A program made the translations under genes and the position numbers. Shown piece by piece: positions 55,780 to 64,000 of a stretch of DNA of 64,000 nt. Within the stretch, counting starts at the first letter, position 1, and every line of letters begins with the position of its first letter. The DNA is taken from IMG/VR virus record IMGVR_UViG_3300005537_000024, positions 8,562 to 72,561 of that record. The stretch is one strand, 5' to 3'. The notes beneath the pieces were generated by a model, which did not search any database, had not been told where the DNA came from, and worked only from the letters and a program-made list of their open reading frames with translations. The DNA is from a virus.

Positions 55780-56340
55780 ATGGCTTCAAAAGCAGGTATC
55801 ACCGCCGAATATGCGCGGCAAATTTTCGACTACAACGAAAAAAACGGAGAACTAATCTGGCGAACCAGAACGCCGGATATGTTCGTCGCTACCGAGTTTA
55901 GATCAGCGGAATGGCTTTGCCGAAAGTGGAACTCTACGTGGGCCGGAAAGTCGGCGGGCGGATTAAGGAAAGGGTATCTTAGGCTTCGACTGAAGGGACG
56001 AAAATACACGGCAGCGCGCATCATCTGGTTGATGATCCACGGTCAATGGCCCAAAACGCAGGTAGATCATCGGGACGGGAAACGCGCTCGAAACACTCTA
56101 GCGAACCTGCGTGAAGCGACGAATGCTCAGAACTGTCAAAATAGAAAAAAGAGAAGCGACAACCGTAGCGGATATACGGGCGTCCACCGGGACAAGTCAA
56201 AATGGAGAGCCGAAATTTGTATCAAAGGAAAGGATATTTATCTCGGCTCGTTTGAATCGAAGGACGAAGCCCGGGAGGTCTACCTAGAGGCCAAAGCTCA
56301 ATATCACTCTTTCCAACCCAAGCCTCGTGCAGACGCCTAA
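55780..56340 (+). CDS. HNH-AP2 homing endonuclease
   Basis: FDYN...GEL.W, R.IW....G.WP..QVDHRDG....N..ANLR.AT..QN..N, SGY.GV, YLG.F...EA; low GC. Confidence 0.9.
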   Translation: MASKAGITAEYARQIFDYNEKNGELIWRTRTPDMFVATEFRSAEWLCRKWNSTWAGKSAGGLRKGYLRLRLKGRKYTAARIIWLMIHGQWPKTQVDHRDGKRARNTLANLREATNAQNCQNRKKRSDNRSGYTGVHRDKSKWRAEICIKGKDIYLGSFESKDEAREVYLEAKAQYHSFQPKPRADA

Positions 56341-57006
56341 ATGTCTGGGCCAAATTATCCGCGCTACGCAACGGCCTCGGCGCCTGGCCAGAACGCGATC
56401 GGTACGTTCGCCGTAGGGATAAGCCCCCTCGGAGACGTTCCGCCATTCGACCAATGGAAGACCGTAATAAGTCAATACGCCAATTCCCCGATCCTCGACG
56501 GGATCATCAACGCGTTCAACGCCGCGATGGACCCGACCGAGGTCCTTGACGACTACTACGACATGATGATGAACGTCGCGACGGCCGTGGGGTACGGCCT
56601 CGACGTGTGGGGCCGCATCGTCGGCGTCAAGCGGACGCTCTCGATCCCGGGCAGCGTGACTTTCTTCGGTTTCGAGGAGGCGGGGAGCTGGACGGGGTTC
56701 GGCCAGGGCGGGTTCTTCACGGGGTCGGGGGCGACGACGAACTTCGTTCTCTCCGACTCCGACTTCCGCAAGCTCGTGTACGCGAAGGCGGCGGGGAACA
56801 TCAGCGACGGGTCGATCCCGGGGGTCAACCAGATACTCCTGACGCTTTTCCCGGGCCGGGGCATCTGCTATGTGCAGGACAACCAAAACATGAGCCTGGC
56901 CTACGTCTTCAAGTTCCCGCTGACGACCGTCGAACTCGCGATCCTCGGGCAGAGCAACGTGCTCCCGAACCCCGCCGGCGTCGCGGTCAGCATCGTCCAC
57001 CAGTGA
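56341..57006 (+). CDS. baseplate protein (DUF2612-type)
   Basis: T.ISQYANSP.L, TA.GYGLDVWGRIVGV.R, LSD..FR.L..AKA..NI, LP.PAGV. Confidence 0.9.
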   Translation: MSGPNYPRYATASAPGQNAIGTFAVGISPLGDVPPFDQWKTVISQYANSPILDGIINAFNAAMDPTEVLDDYYDMMMNVATAVGYGLDVWGRIVGVKRTLSIPGSVTFFGFEEAGSWTGFGQGGFFTGSGATTNFVLSDSDFRKLVYAKAAGNISDGSIPGVNQILLTLFPGRGICYVQDNQNMSLAYVFKFPLTTVELAILGQSNVLPNPAGVAVSIVHQ

Positions 57007-57013
57007 GGGCGCC

Positions 57014-58291
57014 ATGAGGAAACTGTTCTGGGCCGCTGTCATCCTGCCGCTGATGGTCTTCGCCGCGGCGGCGATGCAGCAATCGCAGGTCCCGCCGAAG
57101 TTCCCGGTCCCGTGGGGCAACTCGGCGACCGCGACCTACCTCCGCTCGATCCCGGTCCCGTCGCAGATCGGTATCCAGAACTGCGCGGCGTCGCTCACCG
57201 ACGGGTTCCCGCCGCTCACGTTCGTCCCGGCGACCGCCGGAGGGTGCCCGCCGTTCGGCGCGGACTTCAACGGCATCCTCAAGCAGATCACGCAGTGGTC
57301 GCAGTGGCAGGGCGCGGGGGCGTCGCCGACCTACGACTCGTCGTTCTCGACCTCGATCGGCGGCTACCCGAGCGGGACCGTCCTCGCGAACGCCTCGACG
57401 GCGGGGTGCTTCTGGGTCTCGACGGTCGACAACAACTCGAGCGACCCGGACACGGGCGGCGCGAACTGGTCTTCCTCGTGCCCGGGGGGCGGCGTCGGCG
57501 GCACGTCGACCGGCTCGGCCAACGCGCAGGTGGTCGCGGCGACGCCGTTCGTGAGGCGGGTCGGGAGCACGGTGACGTACGTCGCCGGGTTCTCGAACTC
57601 TGGTCCGCTCCAGGTCAACGTCAACGGCGCCGGCCTCGTCAACGTCTTCCGGCGCTCGCAGCTCGGGGCGACCATGTCGGTCGGGGGCGAGACGTTCACC
57701 GGCCAGAACGTGACGATCACGTGGGACGGGACGCGCTGGCAGTGCACGTCGTGCGCCTTCGTCCGGGTCGGCGAGGTCGTCGACATGGCGACGACGACGC
57801 TCCCCGCGGGCCACCTCGTCGTGGACGGGAGCTGCGTCTCGCAGTCCACGTACGCCGACCTTTTCTCGCTCACGGGGACCGCGTTCGGGTCCTGTTCGGC
57901 CGGCAACTTCGCCCTCCCCGACCTCCGCGGCCGGATGACGGCGGGGTACGACGGGCAGGGCACGCAGGGCGCGGCCAACAGGTTGACGAGCGGCGGCTCG
58001 TCGTGCGCGGCGACGACGATCGGCGTGGGGTGCGGGGCGCAGAACGCGACGCTCGCCCAGAACCAGCTCCCCAACGTCTCGCCCACCTTCAGCGGCAACA
58101 GCTCCGGGCAGGCGTTCTACACGGGGACCCCCGGCCAGTGCGTCCGCGCCGACGCGTGCAGCTACCAGATCGCCACCGCGTCGGTGGCCACGCCGTCCGG
58201 GACGGTCAGCTCGATCAACGGAGGCGTGACGCAGCAGACGACGCCGGTCGTGCCGCCCATCCAAACCGTGACGAAAGTCATCAGGTTCTGA
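57014..58291 (+). CDS. tail fibre protein with collar domain, preceded by a signal peptide
   Basis: MRKLFWAAVILPLMVFAAAA|MQQSQVPPKFPVPWG; GFPPLT, PP.G.DFNGIL, IGGYP.G, W.STVDNN..DPD; collar DGS.VS..TYA.LF...F.LPDLRGR; 12 Cys. Confidence 0.9.
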   Translation: MRKLFWAAVILPLMVFAAAAMQQSQVPPKFPVPWGNSATATYLRSIPVPSQIGIQNCAASLTDGFPPLTFVPATAGGCPPFGADFNGILKQITQWSQWQGAGASPTYDSSFSTSIGGYPSGTVLANASTAGCFWVSTVDNNSSDPDTGGANWSSSCPGGGVGGTSTGSANAQVVAATPFVRRVGSTVTYVAGFSNSGPLQVNVNGAGLVNVFRRSQLGATMSVGGETFTGQNVTITWDGTRWQCTSCAFVRVGEVVDMATTTLPAGHLVVDGSCVSQSTYADLFSLTGTAFGSCSAGNFALPDLRGRMTAGYDGQGTQGAANRLTSGGSSCAATTIGVGCGAQNATLAQNQLPNVSPTFSGNSSGQAFYTGTPGQCVRADACSYQIATASVATPSGTVSSINGGVTQQTTPVVPPIQTVTKVIRF

Positions 58292-58293
58292 AT

Positions 58294-59436
58294 ATGAGGA
58301 CGCTCCGAGCCACCCTCCTCGCCGCGGCCCTCGCGCTCCCCTGCGCCGAGGCGTCCGCGCAGTCGAACCCCGGATGGTCGTACGGCTACGTCCCGACGGC
58401 CTCGCAGTGGAACGCGCAGTGGGCGTCGAAGCAAGACTTCCTCGGGGCGTCGCCGCTCCTAACGACAGGCGGGATCATCAACGGGCCGGTCACGTTCAAC
58501 GGGTTCCCGGTGACGTTCTCGAGCGCCCCACTCATAATCTCCGGCAACCTCTCGCAGTCTGCGTGGACGACTAGCGGCATCCGCATCCAGGGCGTCGTCG
58601 GGACGATGACGGATACGACCTCGGCGGGGACCGTCGCCGCGGCCTACACGGACGTGCTCGGCGGGAACACGATCGCGGCGTCGAACGTCGTCACGTTCAC
58701 GAACTACGTCAGCAGCTACTACCGGCAACCGGTCGCCGGGGCGAACGTGACCTTCACGCACGGGTGGGCGCTCGGGGCGGACAGCGTGTTCGTGGGGGCG
58801 GGGACCGCGACCGTCCCGCCGATCGGCCTCACCGCGGGGACGAACCTCACGACGGCGGTCGCCGGCGCGCACGAGTACGACGGGAACGCGTTCTACCAGA
58901 CGCCGGGCGCCTCGAACCGGGGGGTGACCGCGAACTACCACTTCGAGCGCCTGACCTCGAACTACACGCTCGGCAACGTCAACACGCCGCAGAAGGCGTT
59001 CAACGGGACGGCGAGCGGGCAGATCACGGTCCCGCCCGCGACCGGCTACCGGTTCAAGCTCAAGTACCTGATCACGAACACGGGGACGACGAGCCACCAG
59101 TGGCAGGTCCTCCTCGGCGGGACGGCGACGCTAACTTCCGGGACGATGTCGTGCAACGCGGTCTCGAGCACGAGCTCGGCGGTAGCGACGCCCGGGCTCG
59201 GCTACACTACGACGCTCGGGACGGCCTTCACGGTGACCGCCGCGAGCACGTCGGCGACGGAGAACGCGACGATCGACTGCGACGGGACCGTCAACGTCAA
59301 CGCCTCGGGCACGCTCATCCCCGAGGTCCAACTGACCGCGGCGACCGGGACCGCGGCGACGATGCTCGCCGGCAGCTTCTTCGAGATGTGGGCGGTCGGG
59401 TCGAACGCCGTCGTGAGCGTGGGAAACTGGAACTAA
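58294..59436 (+). CDS. signal-peptide-bearing second fibre-like protein
   Basis: MRTLRATLLAAALALPCAEASA|Q; W.YG.VPT..QWN..W..KQD; GT.L.T...GA.EYDG..FY. Confidence 0.8.
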   Translation: MRTLRATLLAAALALPCAEASAQSNPGWSYGYVPTASQWNAQWASKQDFLGASPLLTTGGIINGPVTFNGFPVTFSSAPLIISGNLSQSAWTTSGIRIQGVVGTMTDTTSAGTVAAAYTDVLGGNTIAASNVVTFTNYVSSYYRQPVAGANVTFTHGWALGADSVFVGAGTATVPPIGLTAGTNLTTAVAGAHEYDGNAFYQTPGASNRGVTANYHFERLTSNYTLGNVNTPQKAFNGTASGQITVPPATGYRFKLKYLITNTGTTSHQWQVLLGGTATLTSGTMSCNAVSSTSSAVATPGLGYTTTLGTAFTVTAASTSATENATIDCDGTVNVNASGTLIPEVQLTAATGTAATMLAGSFFEMWAVGSNAVVSVGNWN

Positions 59437-59438
59437 AC

Positions 59439-60266
59439 ATGCAGCACCCCTTCCCGGTTCTCGCTTCCGAATACGAGTCCTCGCTCGCCCGCATGGTCAT
59501 CACCGACGTCGCGCGCGTCGAGGCGGCGGTGAAGGAGATCCTCCCCGGGAAAGAACGGTACAAGGCCGTCGAGGCCGCGACCAAGATCCCGGCAGCGTTC
59601 ACCGGCGCGCTCGACTACCGGGAGGACGACTGCAACCCTCACGACGGCCTCGGCCAGGGCGACCCGTGGTCCCACGTCTCGACCCACGTCCCGGCCGGCA
59701 AGGGGCCGTTCTCCTCGTGGTACGCCGCGGCGATCTTCTACCTGCGCTACGACCGGGTCGACGTGCTGAGCGTGCCGGCGTGGACGTTGCCGTACGCGTG
59801 CTGGAAGGGGGAGGCGTGGAACGGGTTCGGGCCGCGGAGCAACGGCGCGCACTCGGGATACCTGTGGGGCTGCACGAGCATCTACACAGGTGGAGGCTAC
59901 CCGAGGGACCACAAGTGGAGCTCGACGTGGACGGACCGCCGGCCCGGGATCGTCCCGATCATCAGGCGGCTCGCCGCGGTCGACGCGGACTTCTCCTTCA
60001 CCGCCGCCCCCGCCGCCGGGACCATGCCGCCGTCGATGCCGATCGCCCAGCTCCCGCCCGCCGGCGTCGACAACGCGCTCTGGGTCCAGCAGAGCCTCAA
60101 CCGGCTCGACATCGGCCCGCGGCTCGTCGAGGACGGCAATTACGGCCGGCGCACCCGGACGGCGGTGGCGAACTTCCAGGAGACGGAGGGGCTCGACGTG
60201 GACGGCCTCGCCGGGCCGGAGACGGTCGCGGCGATCGAGCGACACCTCGCCGTGTTGCATAAATAG
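59439..60266 (+). CDS. endolysin (lysozyme-like) with C-terminal peptidoglycan-binding domain
   Basis: RY..VE..T.IP, YRE, LGQGDP, VP.G.GPF.SW, E.WNG.G, YLW; WVQ.SLN.L...DG.YG..T..AV..FQ...GL.VDG.AG..T. Confidence 0.88.
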   Translation: MQHPFPVLASEYESSLARMVITDVARVEAAVKEILPGKERYKAVEAATKIPAAFTGALDYREDDCNPHDGLGQGDPWSHVSTHVPAGKGPFSSWYAAAIFYLRYDRVDVLSVPAWTLPYACWKGEAWNGFGPRSNGAHSGYLWGCTSIYTGGGYPRDHKWSSTWTDRRPGIVPIIRRLAAVDADFSFTAAPAAGTMPPSMPIAQLPPAGVDNALWVQQSLNRLDIGPRLVEDGNYGRRTRTAVANFQETEGLDVDGLAGPETVAAIERHLAVLHK

Positions 60267-60344
60267 CCCACCGGCCGCGCAAAGCGACCGGGGACGGCTC
60301 TCCCCGGCTTGCGGGGAATCGCGGCCGGGGCCAGAACGCCCGTC

Positions 60345-61346
60345 ATGGCTTACGCGCTTGGAAAGCTGCCCGCCCGCCTGGGAGCGATCAAGCTCCTGTT
60401 CGCGAAGTACGTCGACTACTCGCGCCTGCCGGCGACGCCGAACGAGTTCGGGCACGACCAGCCGCAGCCGGCGTGGGGGATGCTCGCGAACGATAGGTGG
60501 GGCTGCTGCGTGTGGTCCGGGTTCGCGCATCAGACGATGCTCTGGCGGAAAAACGCCAACCTCGCGCCGGCCTCGTTCGGCGACGCGCAGGTCCTCTCGG
60601 ACTACTCCGCCGCGACCGGGTTCGCGTTCTCGAAGGCGACGGACAGCGGCACGGACATGCAGTCAGCCGCGGGCTACTGGCGGGGGACGGGCATCCTAGA
60701 CGCGGCCGGGAACCGGCACAGGATCAGAGCCTACCTCGGGATCGGCGCCGGCGACATCGAGGGTCTCCTCGCGGGCGCCCACTTGTTCGGCTCGGCCGGC
60801 GTCGGGGTCAACTTCCCGGCCGGCGCGATGGGGCAGTTTGACGCCAACGAGCCATGGACCCTCGTCATAGGGTCGGCGATCCTCGGGGGGCACTACGTCC
60901 CGCTCGTCGCGCGCCGGGGCGGGGCGTCGATCTGCGTGTCGTGGGGGCGCGAGCAGGCCGCGACCGACCCGTGGCTCAACCAGTACAACGACGAGGGCGT
61001 CGTCTGCCTCTCCGAGGAGTTCCTGCGCGGGGGCAGGTCGCTCGACGGCTTCGACCTCGACCAGCTCGACTACGACCTCGCGGTCCTCGAGGGGACCGCC
61101 CAACCCAGGAGCCAAGTAAGCATGTCACAAGACCCCAAGATGGCCGCCGCCAAGCTCGCGGCGGCGACCGCCGCGGCGACCAAGGAGCTCGGCTCCCTGT
61201 TCCCGCAGTGGGAGATCAACCTCGTCCCGAACCTCGCGCAGAACATGCAGCTCGTCGTCGCCGCGGCGCTGACGGCCTCCGACGAGGTCGAGGCCAACTG
61301 GCCGGCGCAGAACCCGGCGCCGCCCGCCCCGAAGCCGGGGGCCTGA
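60345..61346 (+). CDS. papain-like cysteine peptidase candidate
   Basis: MLAND..GCC..SG..H, D.G, GGH.V, SWG; C-terminal part after SMSQDPK may be a separate domain. Confidence 0.65.
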   Translation: MAYALGKLPARLGAIKLLFAKYVDYSRLPATPNEFGHDQPQPAWGMLANDRWGCCVWSGFAHQTMLWRKNANLAPASFGDAQVLSDYSAATGFAFSKATDSGTDMQSAAGYWRGTGILDAAGNRHRIRAYLGIGAGDIEGLLAGAHLFGSAGVGVNFPAGAMGQFDANEPWTLVIGSAILGGHYVPLVARRGGASICVSWGREQAATDPWLNQYNDEGVVCLSEEFLRGGRSLDGFDLDQLDYDLAVLEGTAQPRSQVSMSQDPKMAAAKLAAATAAATKELGSLFPQWEINLVPNLAQNMQLVVAAALTASDEVEANWPAQNPAPPAPKPGA

Positions 61347-61348
61347 GC

Positions 61349-61687
61349 GTGCGGCGGACCCTCGCCCTCGCCGCCCTAGCGGCGAGCCTGCTCTCCGGTT
61401 GCTCGTCGACCGGGGTCGCCGGCATCACCCCCGCAGTGCTCACGAACGCGATCGTCGCGGCATGCGGGATCACGGTCGACGCGCTGACGGTGGCGAACCT
61501 GATCGCCGCCGGAAACCAGACGCTCACGAGCGCGCAGGTCATCGCGACGCAGGTGTGCGACGCGTGGAAGGCGGCGAGCGCCCCGGTAGCCTCGACCCGC
61601 TTCGGCGTCGTGCTGCGGCAAGTCGGCCCGATCACGGTCTACATCGGCGGCGTCCCGGTCAACGTGACCGGCGCGAAGCCGCTCTGA
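61349..61687 (+). CDS. lipoprotein
   Basis: MRRTLALAALAASLLSG|C lipobox. Confidence 0.75.
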   Translation: MRRTLALAALAASLLSGCSSTGVAGITPAVLTNAIVAACGITVDALTVANLIAAGNQTLTSAQVIATQVCDAWKAASAPVASTRFGVVLRQVGPITVYIGGVPVNVTGAKPL

Positions 61688-61715
61688 CGGGCCACAACAA
61701 CGGAAAGGAACCGAT

Positions 61716-62516
61716 ATGAAACGCCTATTCACCATCGCTCCGACCATCCTGGCGATCAGTTGGGCGGGCCTCTACGGCGCCGGCGCCGCGGACCTCATCG
61801 CCCCGGTCTACATGCCCACGAAGGCCGCCCCGTACGCGGCGCCGGCGTTCAGCTGGACGGGCTTCTACGTCGGCGGCAACATCGGCGGCGGTTGGGCGGC
61901 GCGGCCGTTCGACCTCCTGCCGGCCGACCCCAACAGCACGGCGTTCTTCGCGACGCTCGGCAACCCCGGGTCGCTCGACCCGAGCACGGCCGGGCTCGTG
62001 GGCGGCGGGCAGGCCGGCTACAACATGCAGCTCGGGAGCTGGGTGTTCGGGGCCGAGTTCATGTTCGACTGGTCGAACATGAGCGGGAGTGCGTCCAACG
62101 TCGGGACGGCGGCGAACGGCATGCAGGCCGCGGTCGGCTCCGGCGTGCGCATCGACTGGGACGGGGCGATCAACGCCCGGGTCGGCTTCACGCCCTGGTC
62201 GGGGTGGCTGATCTCCGCTTTCGGCGGCTTCGCCTTCGGCAACATCAGCGAGAACGCGAACGTCGTCTGCATCGTGAAGTGCGGCGCGGTCGGGTTTAGC
62301 AGCGGCTCGAGCAACGCCCACACGGGGTGGGACGCCGGCGCGGAGGTCAAGTACGCGCTGACGAGCAACGTGATCGCCGGCGTGAAGTACCGGTACGTCG
62401 ACCTCGGGACGCAGAGCCTGTTCCTGTCGACCAACAACCTCCCGCCGATGACGTTCAACGGGTCGAGCACGGCCCGCTGGAACGAGGCCCTGTTCACGAT
62501 CGAGTGGAAGTTCTAA
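61716..62516 (+). CDS. Omp25/RopB-like outer-membrane beta-barrel
   Basis: Signal peptide, AADL...KA, FSWTGFYVGGNIGGGW, GGGQAGYN.Q...WVFG.E, GW..GA.V.YALT.N, YRY.DLG, terminal WKF. Confidence 0.92.
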   Translation: MKRLFTIAPTILAISWAGLYGAGAADLIAPVYMPTKAAPYAAPAFSWTGFYVGGNIGGGWAARPFDLLPADPNSTAFFATLGNPGSLDPSTAGLVGGGQAGYNMQLGSWVFGAEFMFDWSNMSGSASNVGTAANGMQAAVGSGVRIDWDGAINARVGFTPWSGWLISAFGGFAFGNISENANVVCIVKCGAVGFSSGSSNAHTGWDAGAEVKYALTSNVIAGVKYRYVDLGTQSLFLSTNNLPPMTFNGSSTARWNEALFTIEWKF

Positions 62517-62544
62517 ACCGCAAGCTCTCGAAAGGAGCCCCCAC

Positions 62545-63240
62545 GTGAGGAAGACGCTCTACGCCGCGACGACGATCCTGTCGTGGACGTTCGCGACCCT
62601 GGCCATCGCCGCCGCGTTCTCCGTCTTCCCCACGTGCCACGCGCAGACGTTCCGCGAGGCGACGCCTGGGCCGGTGGCCGTGGGCGCGAGCCCGGTCGGG
62701 ACCGTCGCGCAGGCTCCTCCAGCGGTCGCGCCTTCTCCTCCGACCACCGGGCCGACGACGCAGAACGTCGTCACGACGACGGGGCCGGTAAGTTCCGACA
62801 CGACGATCTCGGTCGGCACGCTCGCGGGCCAGGCGTTCCTGTGGATGGTGACCGCCTTCGGCGGGGTCCTCGGGACGGCCCTCACGGCGCTGATCCTCAA
62901 GCTGATCCAGGCGGCCGGGATCAAGGCGACGGACGCGCTCCGCGCCCGGCTCCAGGAGATGGTCGTCAACGGGCTGAACCTCGCCGCGCAGGAGGCGGCG
63001 CACCACCTCGAGGGTAAGCTCCCCGTGCAGGTGAGCGCCGACATCAAGGCGCGGGCTACGGCGTACGTCGTGGCGCACGGCGCCGACACGATCAAGGCGC
63101 TCGGCCTCGACCCGAGCAGCCCGCTCGCGGCGCAGGCGATCCAGGCCCACATCGAGACGGCGATCGCCGACCCGGCGACGCCGACGCCCGCCGTCCTCGG
63201 AGGCCCGCCGCCGGCGAGCCCGCCGATCGCCCCGGCCTAG
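62545..63240 (+). CDS. membrane protein, holin-like
   Basis: Signal-like N-terminus, Pro/Thr linker, TM, LQ..V.NG...A.AYV..H..D.I..LG. Confidence 0.6.
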   Translation: MRKTLYAATTILSWTFATLAIAAAFSVFPTCHAQTFREATPGPVAVGASPVGTVAQAPPAVAPSPPTTGPTTQNVVTTTGPVSSDTTISVGTLAGQAFLWMVTAFGGVLGTALTALILKLIQAAGIKATDALRARLQEMVVNGLNLAAQEAAHHLEGKLPVQVSADIKARATAYVVAHGADTIKALGLDPSSPLAAQAIQAHIETAIADPATPTPAVLGGPPPASPPIAPA

Positions 63241-63285
63241 AATCGGCTATAAGTGGTCTACGCGACCCCCCCCCCGGTTACGAGC

Positions 63286-64000
63286 ATGGCGCCGCCGCGA
63301 TCGAGGTACGACGACGACAACAACGACGGCCGGCGCGGCTACACGGCCTCGGGCGGGCTCGTCCCCGTTCCCGATCCGACGACGCTGACGACCGACGCGC
63401 TGCGCCGCGAGATCGGCGCGCTGCGCGAGGCGCTTGAGGCGAAGATCGGGGGCCAGGAGACGGTATTCAGCGCTGCCCGGCTCGTCTTCGACCAGCAGCG
63501 GGTGACGATCGACCACGCCACCACCGCGCTGCGCGAGCTCGTGTTCTCGGAAATATCAAAGCTCAAGACCTCGACCGACGAAAACTTCAAGCGGATCGAG
63601 ACGCAGATGAACGACCGGCTGTCGGTGATCAGCGAGGTTTTCCGCAAGGTCGACGTGCAATTCATCGAACGCGATAAGCAGGCGACGCAGCTCGCGCTCT
63701 CGAACAGCACCGCGATCGCGGCCGCCATGCAGGCCGCGGAGAAGGCGGTCGGCGCGCAGAACATCAGCAACTCGACCGCGATCGCCAAGAGCGAGAGCGC
63801 GACGACCGAAAGCCTCAAGCAGCTCCGCGAGCTGTTCATCAGCGAGCTCAAGGGCATCCGGGATCAGGTCGGCGACATCAAGACGCGCCAGGACAAGGGC
63901 GAGGGCGCCAAGGTCGGCGGCGGCGCGGTCTGGGGCTACATCGTCGGCGCCGCGGGGCTCGTGATCGCCGCGGCGACGCTGGTCGCCCTCGTATTGCGTC
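63286..64000 (+). CDS. coiled-coil protein with C-terminal TM (partial, runs off window end)
   Basis: Open frame MAPPRSRYDDD...PVPDPT.LTT..L.REI...F.ERD...AA..AAEKAV..QN...WGYIVGAAGLVI. Confidence 0.7.
   Translation, partial: MAPPRSRYDDDNNDGRRGYTASGGLVPVPDPTTLTTDALRREIGALREALEAKIGGQETVFSAARLVFDQQRVTIDHATTALRELVFSEISKLKTSTDENFKRIETQMNDRLSVISEVFRKVDVQFIERDKQATQLALSNSTAIAAAMQAAEKAVGAQNISNSTAIAKSESATTESLKQLRELFISELKGIRDQVGDIKTRQDKGEGAKVGGGAVWGYIVGAAGLVIAAATLVALVLR

Noticed and set aside
44038-57006. Interpretation as a tailocin, eCIS or GTA
   Set aside because: Terminase, portal, capsid and replication genes are all present, so this is a complete phage gene set
1-64000. CRISPR array, tRNA/rRNA, integrase, diversity-generating retroelement, invertible fibre cassette
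   Set aside because: No spaced direct repeats, cloverleafs, recombinase or reverse transcriptase motifs recognised by eye; a computational scan could still find small RNAs

Overview
High-GC window covering most of a contractile-tailed (Bcep781-like gene set) phage or prophage genome. The host is probably an alphaproteobacterium (Hyphomicrobiales-like), judged from GapR-like, CtrA-like and Omp25/RopB-like genes. Gene order: early/regulatory genes and a replication initiator with iterons (1-6 kb); DNA-modification genes (ParB-like, C5-MTase, CmoA-like, MT-A70) split by an inverted 4.9-kb block (UDG-like, HNH, AAA ATPase); accessory genes; terminase, portal, MuF, protease, capsid, neck, sheath, tube, tape measure, baseplate, fibres; lysis region. 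No integrase, repressor, tRNA or CRISPR array was recognised. Most notable: (1) at least nine virion-region proteins, including a recognisable tail fibre, carry Sec-type signal peptides and even numbers of cysteines, suggesting receptor-binding or decoration parts are folded in the periplasm. (2) A C5-MTase with an Asn-to-Arg change in motif X plus a CmoA-like gene suggests DNA carboxymethylation. (3) The portal and prohead protease are polyproteins carrying ADP-ribosyltransferase, Nudix and metallopeptidase-like cargo flanked by A-x-D motifs. (4) A small beta-rich module is inserted about ten times across six virion proteins. All family assignments come from motif recognition by eye, not database searches.
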